DNA of 64,000 bases from Candidatus Cloacimonadales bacterium (GTDB lineage: Bacteria > Cloacimonadota > Cloacimonadia > Cloacimonadales > WRIO01): the NCBI GenBank assembly GCA_041654875.1, contig JBAZCP010000005.1, forward strand, positions 497 to 64,496, written 5' to 3'. The position numbers and the translations under genes were made by a program. The notes below the pieces were generated by a model. That model saw nothing but the letters and a program-made list of their open reading frames with translations, did no database searches and was not told the DNA's origin. Of the stretch, positions 35,401 through 43,091 are shown piece by piece (positions within the stretch are counted from its first letter, which is position 1; every line of letters begins with the position of its first letter).

Positions 35401-36937
35401 GTTTATCATTATTTTTAAGGATTACTTTTTCTGATACATCGTTAGTAGTAACAGTTTTATGTTTTATTTGATAAAGTGTTGTTTTTTTATTATCTTGAAC
35501 TTTATTAATATTTATCAATTTGTTTCTTGCTAAAATAACTTCTCCACCTGGCTGCTTTACTCTCCTAAAAGCTTTGTAAACATTTTCTTTGATAAGAGGA
35601 TTGGTATTTGCTGCTTTTGGCTTATACGCAGATTCCAAAAGGTAATTGTTATTTTTCATAAGCAAATTTCTTTGATTTTGAAAGGCTAAAGACGGTGTAT
35701 ATTGATTTATATTTTGCATATTTGAGATATCGGGCTTGATCTTTTCAGTTTTAAAGTAAGAAGTTGTGGGATTCTTAGCCTTATTAGATACATTATCCAT
35801 TCCCTCAATTTTAAGATGCTTAATAGCTTCAGTTTTGATAATCTTGGTGTTATATACTCTATGATTTTGTATATTATTCACAGTTTCTTGCTGATTGATA
35901 TGTGAGTCATCATTCTTGGGTGAATTTACTTTTACTTTTGAATCAATAAAACTTTGTTGTTTATCAGGCAATTTAATTGCTATATTTTCGACAATTTGTT
36001 TGGAACCCATTACATAATCATGATTAATTTTAGCATGATTTTTGGTGTTTGTAGAGCTATTTACATTTTGTGTGTTTTCTTTGTTTTCTGTGGATGGCTT
36101 TGTTTTTATTTGTTTAAAAATACTTTTGTTTTTCTCTATGCCAATTCTTTGAATACCATTTGTTTCATTTATTATTGTTCGTTTATTTAAGCTATTTGAT
36201 TGGGGTTCACGATTTTCACGAATATTTATCATATTGTTTTTTTTTATATTAAATCTGTCATTTTTGCCTATTGAAAGCTCTGTAATTCTATTTTTTTCAG
36301 TCTTATTGAATGATTTTATTTGATTAGTATTCTGAGCTACCCTATTTACAGTTTTGTTTTGTCTGCTATTTTTTTTAGTAAAATCTACAATTTCTTTAGA
36401 AGTAGTGTCTGTTACCTTCTTTGGAGGTAAATCGGAATCAATAACAGCATTTAAGTCGTTGATGACTAACTGTATTAATACACTATTCTCAGCAGTTTTA
36501 TTCTTATCATTTTTTATATTTATTGCTACGTTTTTATTATATCTATTAAGAATTTGATTATCACCTGTGTTTTGCACATTTAATAGGGTTTTATCTTTAT
36601 TATCGCTTGTTTGATCTTGATTAGGTACATGTTTATTGGGTATCACTTTAGAGTTAATTAGAGTTTTATCTTTATTAATAAAAAGGTTTGTGACATTTAT
36701 ATATTGATTATTCTTTTTAATAAAAACTTCTGCATTATTTGTTTTTAAAAAGTCTTTCAATTCACCAACAGTTAATTCGATAGGCATTTCTATTGTTTTC
36801 ATCATTAGATTAGGTTTATTATTAATTTGCATGAGGTTTGAAAAAGACTTGTTTGTAGTTTGTTTAGCTATGTTTTCTTTTCCAATTTTCAAAAAGAATG
36901 TATTTGTATTGATTTGTTTTTGTACTAATGCTTTCAT
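32444..36937 (-). CDS. fliK: Flagellar hook-length control protein FliK, giant form (~1498 aa)
   Basis: C-terminal Flg_hook-type domain (AVLEIETNELGYVKTNIEKQGERLIIRFEAEDIQKVKSLKENMHTLEHQLKAQGF). The rest is an N/K/Q/T-rich low-complexity body. The ATG at 36937 follows AGAGAGGAA, 11 nt after the flbB stop. The ORF-track start at 37030 would overlap flbB. Confidence 0.8.
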   Translation of the reverse strand: MKALVQKQINTNTFFLKIGKENIAKQTTNKSFSNLMQINNKPNLMMKTIEMPIELTVGELKDFLKTNNAEVFIKKNNQYINVTNLFINKDKTLINSKVIPNKHVPNQDQTSDNKDKTLLNVQNTGDNQILNRYNKNVAINIKNDKNKTAENSVLIQLVINDLNAVIDSDLPPKKVTDTTSKEIVDFTKKNSRQNKTVNRVAQNTNQIKSFNKTEKNRITELSIGKNDRFNIKKNNMINIRENREPQSNSLNKRTIINETNGIQRIGIEKNKSIFKQIKTKPSTENKENTQNVNSSTNTKNHAKINHDYVMGSKQIVENIAIKLPDKQQSFIDSKVKVNSPKNDDSHINQQETVNNIQNHRVYNTKIIKTEAIKHLKIEGMDNVSNKAKNPTTSYFKTEKIKPDISNMQNINQYTPSLAFQNQRNLLMKNNNYLLESAYKPKAANTNPLIKENVYKAFRRVKQPGGEVILARNKLININKVQDNKKTTLYQIKHKTVTTNDVSEKVILKNNDKQFGLNNKSQHNGVFLNLKKDTNVKPVSLPNTINMQNISPKYDVGEITQPYNAQTKQNKQNITKINFVENISLHKNHNTFENVEHINLNSGAKVNFVNADNSQIEEPGKTSSAGIISKNIKSKTLERTNESSILISGSQNSQTLKTNTKFMQASNKSLIVKASAFETTPRLKKDQENTTKQLNVHKLKIVGDNVRNKGNIEKLDLNYTIIKDENKSIKPKLSTYEHKASDYKHGKQVNRINKDDYKEIKPHISTPKDQKQTDQSQSNSVYKIKDKANINIKAENNEVKPYVNVQQDIKQSEFIAKKSNSGDIHTKKEFDNYNTISKLVLSDIKTARNAANIAETTTGKILKEPFKSNYAQSYKKYKEKHITELIDNNKDISSQKAKAVSIEVRKFNSVPQVKTSSYKITDIKMKKTITPPFKNNNITDRKQNVDNVKVDKENPIEQVKGIRINQITNNQLTGKTKLDRRESISSPVTKTDKQEQIISKSQFRESDLVPLVKTSSYKITDIKMKKTKENPIEQVNGIRKNQITNNPLTGKTNLDRRESISSSETKTDKQEQINSVNKFNNVINKNKIADAIDNNYHNNISKHDTTIRLTKDIKIDHKAISTKNPKESELIRDSIVKQGLDKSNEENIQIQSGDATKGIKTSNHTIETGRISNQSVSSSLLSGEEKILPKQNVFEKNLHTNTSDDAEFTNAPIDGQLWHRTSHDVLAQQLHNTSLNSKTNLKGNDEMQGFEDTFVHKNAIAYETIQDYLDNNEPLFVQYLDTDGKEKQRSVFIKNNDAKNTQNSSSNSTQNRAISNNKHKENSEYKQDQNQQNFNSFNQMNSKAFSNINSGFNITGSRYSISDFIPKLLETTQSFNREHSIKKAVLEIETNELGYVKTNIEKQGERLIIRFEAEDIQKVKSLKENMHTLEHQLKAQGFEDVLIEYDFHKESRQQSNNQASQQNTSKNQNNQKDNHESLQEEVHTIKRDYGYNSMEYTI

Positions 36938-36947
36938 AAATTCCTCT

Positions 36948-37703
36948 CTATTTAGTAATCTTCTGTGAGTATGCAGCTGCTGTTTGAGCTTGCATAGCTG
37001 CCAAGATTTTAGCTGATCTTTTCTGATCAATGGACTTCAGTACAATTACCCCAGTGTCAAAATCCATTTTTGGCAATATTTCTGCTGCTTTTTTGGGGTC
37101 CATATTATTATAAATACCAATCAATTTTTTAAGATTAGCGTCAATCTTCTCATCTTTAATCAACGCAATCTCTTGTTTGTGAGAAGCAATCAAATTCGAG
37201 ATGTTCTTTTCCAAATCATCAATCTTTTTATTCCTCTCGATAATCACGGTGTTTGTTTTGTGCAACGTGTCTCTGAGAGTAATGATAGTCTGCTCAAGCT
37301 TGTTGTTTATTTTTTTTTGTTCAGCGATCTCTTTTTCCATTTTTTTAAGTGTAGAATCCACCAACGACCACTTATCCTCAATTTCAACAATCTCATCTTT
37401 TTTATCATCAGTACTCAAGCCATATATTGCTTTTAGCTTTTCCACAAGCTCCAAAAACTGTATTTCTTCAGGTGAGTAATTTCCAGATTTATCTTGTTTT
37501 GCTACATTAGACTCTGTTTCTTGATCAATATCTTGCACTGGTTGCTGGGAAATATCACTTTCATGTATAAAGACTGTATCAACAGCTAATGTGTCGGATT
37601 CAATCGCCTTTTTTTTGTTTGAGGTTAAAAAAAATAAAGCTAAACTTGTGAATAAGAAAGCAAGCAAAAATATGCCTACATAGATTATCATTTCTTTTTT
37701 CAT
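36948..37703 (-). CDS. FlbB/YlxF-like flagellar protein (TM anchor, coiled coil, MgtE_N/MotE-type C-terminal domain)
   Basis: 251 aa. N-terminal TM helix and C-terminus NMDPKKAAEILPKMDFDTGVIVLKSIDQKRSAKILAAM. Sits between fliJ and fliK, as do ylxF (Bacillus) and flbB (Borrelia). Confidence 0.65.
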   Translation of the reverse strand: MKKEMIIYVGIFLLAFLFTSLALFFLTSNKKKAIESDTLAVDTVFIHESDISQQPVQDIDQETESNVAKQDKSGNYSPEEIQFLELVEKLKAIYGLSTDDKKDEIVEIEDKWSLVDSTLKKMEKEIAEQKKINNKLEQTIITLRDTLHKTNTVIIERNKKIDDLEKNISNLIASHKQEIALIKDEKIDANLKKLIGIYNNMDPKKAAEILPKMDFDTGVIVLKSIDQKRSAKILAAMQAQTAAAYSQKITK

Positions 37704-38155
37704 TTTTGGTTTTCCTGTTTGAATCGGTAGTTTTGGATAGAGACTTCGTCGAGAACAATGCGCTCGTGTTTTTTATACTCTTTTTTAAATTCATCATACT
37801 TTATTTCTTTAAGACGTTCGAGAGATTTTTTCTCTTGTGACTTTGTAAGCAACATTGCTTTAACTTTCTTCTCTTTTTCTTTTAGTTCTTTTATTTCTTC
37901 TTTTAATAGTTCAATTTTCTTTTGCAGGCTTTCGAGATACTTATAATGAAGCATTATTTCAGATGATTGAGTTACTTTTTGGCTCAAAATAGAGATTTTT
38001 ACACTTTCTTCAGAAATATTTTCCTCCAAATCAAGAATATTTTTCTCTTTTTGAAGAATATCATGTTGAATTAATGCTAAATCTTTTTGCAGGATTTTTT
38101 CTTCTATCTCTTTGACTTCGAGTACTTTCTCTAACGAAAATTGAAACTTTTTCAT
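37700..38155 (-). CDS. fliJ: Flagellar export protein FliJ
   Basis: 151-aa all-helical coiled-coil protein (MKKFQFSLEKVLEVKEIEE...), first gene of the block. Confidence 0.7.
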   Translation of the reverse strand: MKKFQFSLEKVLEVKEIEEKILQKDLALIQHDILQKEKNILDLEENISEESVKISILSQKVTQSSEIMLHYKYLESLQKKIELLKEEIKELKEKEKKVKAMLLTKSQEKKSLERLKEIKYDEFKKEYKKHERIVLDEVSIQNYRFKQENQK

Positions 38156-38190
38156 ATTTACCTCAAATCATCTAATTTTACTCTAAGTTA

Positions 38191-38207
38191 TGCAAGCCTT
38201 ATGCCAA
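38191..38207 (-). promoter_or_regulatory. Sigma54 (RpoN) -24/-12 promoter upstream of fliJ
   Basis: The minus strand reads TTGGCAT-aaggc-TTGCAT, with exact GG-N10-GC spacing and TGGCA/TTGC cores. It lies about 36 nt upstream of the fliJ ATG. Confidence 0.75.
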
Positions 38208-38304
38208 TTATACAATTTTGAATCTTGTCAATGTGTATAAACCTCTAATGGCATATCACTATAAACTTTCTCATTTTTAAAACAAATATAAATGTACTTG
38301 ATTA

Positions 38305-38333
38305 TTTACATTTTTACTATTTTCCCATATCAT
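38305..38333 (+). promoter_or_regulatory. Sigma70-type promoter candidate firing into repeat copy 2 / towards trmB
   Basis: TTTACA (38305-38310), 17-nt spacer, TATCAT (38328-38333). The predicted start near 38340 is just before the element. Confidence 0.45.
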
Positions 38334-38343
38334 GCCAATTCGC

Positions 38344-38427
38344 ATTACCATCCCGTTACCATCCCGTTACCATCCCGTTATATTCCCCTTTATTCTCCAA
38401 GATAGCAAAGGGAATCATGGGGTAATC
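38344..38427. repeat. Copy 2 of the three-copy intergenic element (3 x CATCCCGTTAC/T plus core)
   Basis: 11-mers at 38349-38359, 38360-38370 and 38371-38381. Core ...ATTCCCCTTTATTCTCCAAGATAGCAAAGGGAATCATGGGGTAAT. Flanking ATTACC / GGTAAT inverted repeat. Confidence 0.8.
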
Positions 38428-38626
38428 AATCGACTATATCAGGCTTTTGGAATACTTTACAAAGTGATGCTAACCTAATATGTATCAATTGCTAAAGATT
38501 AGGAAAATTTGTTAGTATTTTTCGATTTAACTTATTGTTTAAACTTGATTGCAATAAACCAAAATATTTAAAAAATCATTTGACATAATTTATTAAAAAC
38601 AAGAAATGGGATATTAAGGTAAAAAT

Positions 38627-39256
38627 ATGGATAATGATTATAAATTAAAATATTATGTAATAGATAAAAAGGATGATGAATTGCTCGATTTTTCAAAAGT
38701 TTTTAACAACGATAATCCTATCTACTTAGAAATAGGAAGCGGTAAAGGTGAGCTTATACAATTGCAATCATTTTTTTTAAAAAACATTAATTTCGTAGGA
38801 GTTGAAATCAAGTCAAAAAGGATATTAAACACAATCAAAAAGCTTGATATAGTGCATAATAAAAACGTAAGGTTATTGAATTTATTTATTGATGAACGAG
38901 TCAAAGATTGGGTAAAGGCAAAAACAGTAGAACAAATTATTATTTTTCATCCAGACCCATGGCCAAAACGCAAACATTTTAATCGCAGATTGATCCAACA
39001 TGCTTTTATTGACAGCCTAAGCTATCTATTAAAAAATAACGGCATTTTAAAAATATCAACAGATCATCCAGATTATGCTGAATGGATAATAAAACATTTT
39101 CGAGAAAGAGATGAATATATTCCTTTGTTTAATGATGAAAGTAGATTGATATTCCCTGAAGACCATTTTACAACGTATTTTGATGAATTAAAAGCAAGTG
39201 AGGGCTATCCACCTCAATTCTTATACTACAAAAAAATCAAAGATATTGAGAGGTGA
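38627..39256 (+). CDS. trmB: tRNA (guanine-N7)-methyltransferase
   Basis: 209 aa. Motifs LEIGSGKGE and FHPDPWPKRKHFNRRL. Confidence 0.85.
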   Translation: MDNDYKLKYYVIDKKDDELLDFSKVFNNDNPIYLEIGSGKGELIQLQSFFLKNINFVGVEIKSKRILNTIKKLDIVHNKNVRLLNLFIDERVKDWVKAKTVEQIIIFHPDPWPKRKHFNRRLIQHAFIDSLSYLLKNNGILKISTDHPDYAEWIIKHFRERDEYIPLFNDESRLIFPEDHFTTYFDELKASEGYPPQFLYYKKIKDIER

Positions 39257-40416
39257 CTAATTTGGACTACAACTCTCAATTAAAAGATATTTATACAAAA
39301 ATAAACACTTGTCGATATAACTTTTCTGAGTATGCTTTCAAAGATGAAAATGCATGGCGAAAAAGAGATGAAAAAACAGAGCTGGTTCGAACAGCATTCG
39401 CAGTAGATAGAGACCGAATTCTATATAGCGGTGCATATCGTAGATATCACGGCAAAACTCAAGTGTTTTCTTTTTCAAATTTAATAGATGAAGAAATGAC
39501 AAATAGAAACTTGCACACAACATATGTATCACAAATATCCCGTACAATTAGCAAAGCATTAGGATTGAACCTCGAATTAACAGAAGCAATTGCTTTAGGA
39601 CATGATTTAGGTCATTCGCCTTTTGGGCATGATGGAGAGAGAGCTCTGAGTGAATTATGTGGAGCACACAATATTGGGCAATTTCACCACAATATAGAAA
39701 GTTTGCATATTGTTGATAATATATCAAATAAAGGCAATGGATTAAACTTAACTTTTCAGGTTAGAGATGGAATAATATCTCATGATGGAGAGGTACACAA
39801 TACTACTCTCATGCCGTATTATGAAAAGACAGAAAAAGATATAGAGAATTATATTAAAGACAAAACTGCTGGTAAAGATGTCCAATTTATGCCTGCAACT
39901 CTCGAGGCTTGCGTAGTAAGAGTTACAGATACTATAGCTTATATTGGGCAAGATATCGAAGATGCAATAAGATTAAATATATTAAAAAGAGAAGAGATAC
40001 CAAAAGAATGTGTTGATTTTCTGGGCAATAATAACAGTCAAATCATCGACACATTAGTTAAAAGCATAATCATCAATAGCTTTGAAAAACCCTATATTCG
40101 ATTTGATACAGAAACATCGGAGTATTTAAAAAAGCTAAAAGATTTCAATTATCAAAGAATATATCTAAACGACGAAATAAAAAAAGCAAATAGAGTTATC
40201 AAAAAAAGCATGGAATTATTATTTGAGAAGTATTTGGAAGATATCAAAAGCCAAGATGATAATTCGAAAATATTTAAACACTTTCTGGCTAACAAAAACC
40301 AAAAATACTTAGATACCTATTCAGATGCCGAAAAAGTACGTGATTTTATTGCTACAATGACAGATAGATACTTTAATGAAGAAGTTAAAGATTACCTTTT
40401 ACCCTGGAAATTATAA
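39253..40416 (+). CDS. dGTP triphosphohydrolase-like HD-domain protein
   Basis: GTG start overlapping the trmB stop. HD motif HDLGHSPFGHDGE. Confidence 0.8.
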   Translation: MTNLDYNSQLKDIYTKINTCRYNFSEYAFKDENAWRKRDEKTELVRTAFAVDRDRILYSGAYRRYHGKTQVFSFSNLIDEEMTNRNLHTTYVSQISRTISKALGLNLELTEAIALGHDLGHSPFGHDGERALSELCGAHNIGQFHHNIESLHIVDNISNKGNGLNLTFQVRDGIISHDGEVHNTTLMPYYEKTEKDIENYIKDKTAGKDVQFMPATLEACVVRVTDTIAYIGQDIEDAIRLNILKREEIPKECVDFLGNNNSQIIDTLVKSIIINSFEKPYIRFDTETSEYLKKLKDFNYQRIYLNDEIKKANRVIKKSMELLFEKYLEDIKSQDDNSKIFKHFLANKNQKYLDTYSDAEKVRDFIATMTDRYFNEEVKDYLLPWKL

Positions 40417-40431
40417 TATAAAGGAGAATTA

Positions 40432-41536
40432 ATGGACTTACAAGAATTTTCAAAATCTAAAGAAGATATATTAATTAAAATTAATGACTTACGGAGCTTT
40501 CTTTGACAAAAATAAGATTGATACCGAACTAAAAGAATTGGAAACCCAAATGCAAGATGCTAACTTTTGGAATGACCAAAACAATGCCAAAAGAATTACA
40601 CAACAAGTATCTTTTTTAAAAGATGAATTAGATAATTATCATAATCTAAATACTATTATAGATGAGCTCGACACTTTTGAACAAATCTTGCAAGAAGAAT
40701 GGAGTGAAGAGCTATTTGCAGAAGCTTTAAAATTCTTAAAAGAATCACAATCGTATGTTGATAAAAATGAAATAAAACTCTTACTTAATGGGAAATATGA
40801 TCGTTATAATGCAATATTGACAATACACCCTGGTGCAGGAGGCACTGAGTCTCAAGACTGGGCAGAAATGCTTTTGCGCATGTTTAAACGATGGGCTGAA
40901 CGTTCGAAATTTGGATTCAATATTGTAGATTTGCTGTCTGGAGACGAAGCAGGTATTAAAAGTGCAACAATCGAAATCACAGGAGAATTTGCTTATGGAT
41001 ACCTTAGAGGTGAAGCAGGTGTGCACCGCTTAGTTAGAATCTCACCGTTTAATGCTCAGGGTAAAAGACAAACATCATTTACCTCTATTTACGTATATCC
41101 TATGATTGACGATGAAATTGAAGTTGAAATCAACCCTTCTGATTTGAAAATTGACACTTATAGAGCCAGCGGTGCAGGAGGACAACACGTCAACACAACT
41201 GATTCGGCTGTCAGAATAACTCACTTACCAACAAACACAATTGTTCAATGCCAAAATGAACGATCTCAGATACAAAATAGAGAAAAAGCTATGCAAATGC
41301 TTAAGTCAAGGCTTTACCAATTATTCGAACAAGAAAGAGAAAAAGAAAGACAAAAAGCAGAGTCCGCAAAAACAGATATAGGCTGGGGTAATCAAATACG
41401 CTCTTATGTATTTGCACCTTATCAAATGATCAAAGATCATAGAACAAATTTTGAAACAGGTAATATAAACCCAGTTATGGATGGAGACCTTGATGACTTC
41501 ATGTATGCTTATCTAAAATGGAATGCAGAAAATTAG
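40432..41536 (+). CDS. prfB: Peptide chain release factor 2 with programmed +1 frameshift
   Basis: Frame 0 runs ATG 40432 ... CGG AGC TTT CTT TGA C (40501-40507). The +1 frame continues as GAC AAA... and joins the listed ORF. SPF (RISPFNAQG) and GGQ (SGAGGQHVN) motifs are present. Confidence 0.9.
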
Positions 41537-41553
41537 TATTGTGAGTTAAGTTT

Positions 41554-42291
41554 ATGAACTATAAGGAAATAATTAAAAAACTCGATATTAATAAGTTACC
41601 AAAACATATAGGTGTAATTATGGACGGTAACGGACGATGGGCAAACAAACAAGGTGCTATTAGGCTTTGGGGGCATAAACATGGCGTAGAGTCAGTGCGA
41701 GCAATTGTGGAGGCATCCGTTGAAGTTGGTATAAAATACCTTACTATTTACGCTTTTTCAACAGAAAACTGGACAAGACCAGAAGATGAGGTTAAGGGCT
41801 TACTCAAGCTTATTTTAGATAGCTTAATCAAAGAAGTTGATGCATTAAATAAACAAAATATTATAGTTCGTTTTTTAGGTACTGATCTGGGGCTCTCTGA
41901 TGAATACAAACAAAAGATTGAAAAAGAGTGCGAGAAAACATATACTAATAACGGTTTAAATTTCAATATTGCCTTCAATTATGGTGGACGTTTGGAATTA
42001 TTAGAAGGTATTAAGACTATTGCGAAACAGATACAAGAAAATAAAATATCTTTATCTGATATAGACGAATCTATTGTGTCTTCTGTGCTTTATACTTCTG
42101 GTATGCCAGATCCTGATCTAATAATTAGAACAAGTGGAGAGCAAAGACTGTCCAATTTTTTGATTTGGCAATCTGCATATGCAGAGTTTTATTTCACTGA
42201 TGTACTGTGGCCAGACTTTCGAAAAAAGGATTTTGTTAAGGCAATATTAGAGTACCAAAATAGACAAAGACGCTATGGGGGATCAAAATGA
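41554..42291 (+). CDS. uppS: Isoprenyl transferase (undecaprenyl-diphosphate synthase)
   Basis: Motifs GVIMDGNGRWA and RTSGEQRLSNFLIWQ. Confidence 0.9.
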   Translation: MNYKEIIKKLDINKLPKHIGVIMDGNGRWANKQGAIRLWGHKHGVESVRAIVEASVEVGIKYLTIYAFSTENWTRPEDEVKGLLKLILDSLIKEVDALNKQNIIVRFLGTDLGLSDEYKQKIEKECEKTYTNNGLNFNIAFNYGGRLELLEGIKTIAKQIQENKISLSDIDESIVSSVLYTSGMPDPDLIIRTSGEQRLSNFLIWQSAYAEFYFTDVLWPDFRKKDFVKAILEYQNRQRRYGGSK

Positions 42292-43091
42292 ACGAATTGG
42301 TTAAAAGAATAATAGTAGCTGTTATTGCAATACCTGCCTTGTTATTTATTTATTATTATGGTGATATATTTTTGTTGACATTCTTACTTGTTTTAAGTTT
42401 GGCATGTGCACTTGAATTAACTAAAATGCTCAAAAACAAGTCAATAAACATTATGATATCAGTTGTACCTTTGACAGCTTTTTTAACATTTTTGACAGCA
42501 AGCTATAATACTAAATATTCTATCTATCTGTTGTTTATATCATTACTAATTTTTAGTGCTGAGGATATATTTAAAAACAGAATTGAGGGATCGATTAAAA
42601 GAATAAGCTCTTCTTTGATGATTATGATTTATTGCGGTATAAGTTTGGGACTCGTATACCAAGTGCATAGTTTGCCAAATGGACGCTTTCTATTGCCAAT
42701 TTTATCTATTCTTATCTGGCTGACAGATACGGCAGCATACTTTGTTGGTATGAGCTTAGGTAAGCATCGTGGCATCTTTAAAGTAAGCCCAAAGAAGTCA
42801 GTTGAAGGCTTTATTGGGGGTTTTGTGAGTGCTATGCTTTTTGCCCTTTTAGCACACTTTTTAAAACCAGAAATATTCCATCTATCAACAAGTTTATTGA
42901 TGGGATTAACGATCGGAACTGTAGGGCAGTTTGGAGACTTATTTGAGTCTCTTTTAAAACGCGATTGTAATATTAAAGATAGTTCAAACTTCATACCTGG
43001 CCATGGAGGCATCTTAGATAGGTTTGACAGCTTTATCATAGCTATTCCCGTTTTTTATATTATTTATTCTATCGGAGTTATATCTTTATGA
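42288..43091 (+). CDS. cdsA: Phosphatidate cytidylyltransferase
   Basis: Polytopic membrane protein with signature SLLKRDCNIKDSSNFIPGHGGILDRFDS. Confidence 0.9.
   Translation: MNELVKRIIVAVIAIPALLFIYYYGDIFLLTFLLVLSLACALELTKMLKNKSINIMISVVPLTAFLTFLTASYNTKYSIYLLFISLLIFSAEDIFKNRIEGSIKRISSSLMIMIYCGISLGLVYQVHSLPNGRFLLPILSILIWLTDTAAYFVGMSLGKHRGIFKVSPKKSVEGFIGGFVSAMLFALLAHFLKPEIFHLSTSLLMGLTIGTVGQFGDLFESLLKRDCNIKDSSNFIPGHGGILDRFDSFIIAIPVFYIIYSIGVISL

Noticed and set aside
36938-37030. A 31-codon N-terminal extension of the fliK ORF, as given in the ORF track.
   Set aside because: It would overlap the flbB/ylxF-like gene by 83 nt and lacks an RBS. The ATG at 36937 has a strong AGAGAGGAA RBS and sits 11 nt after the upstream stop.
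38580-38585. TTGACA upstream of trmB as its promoter.
   Set aside because: No acceptable -10 hexamer lies 16-19 nt downstream; the nearest TATTAA is 26 nt away.
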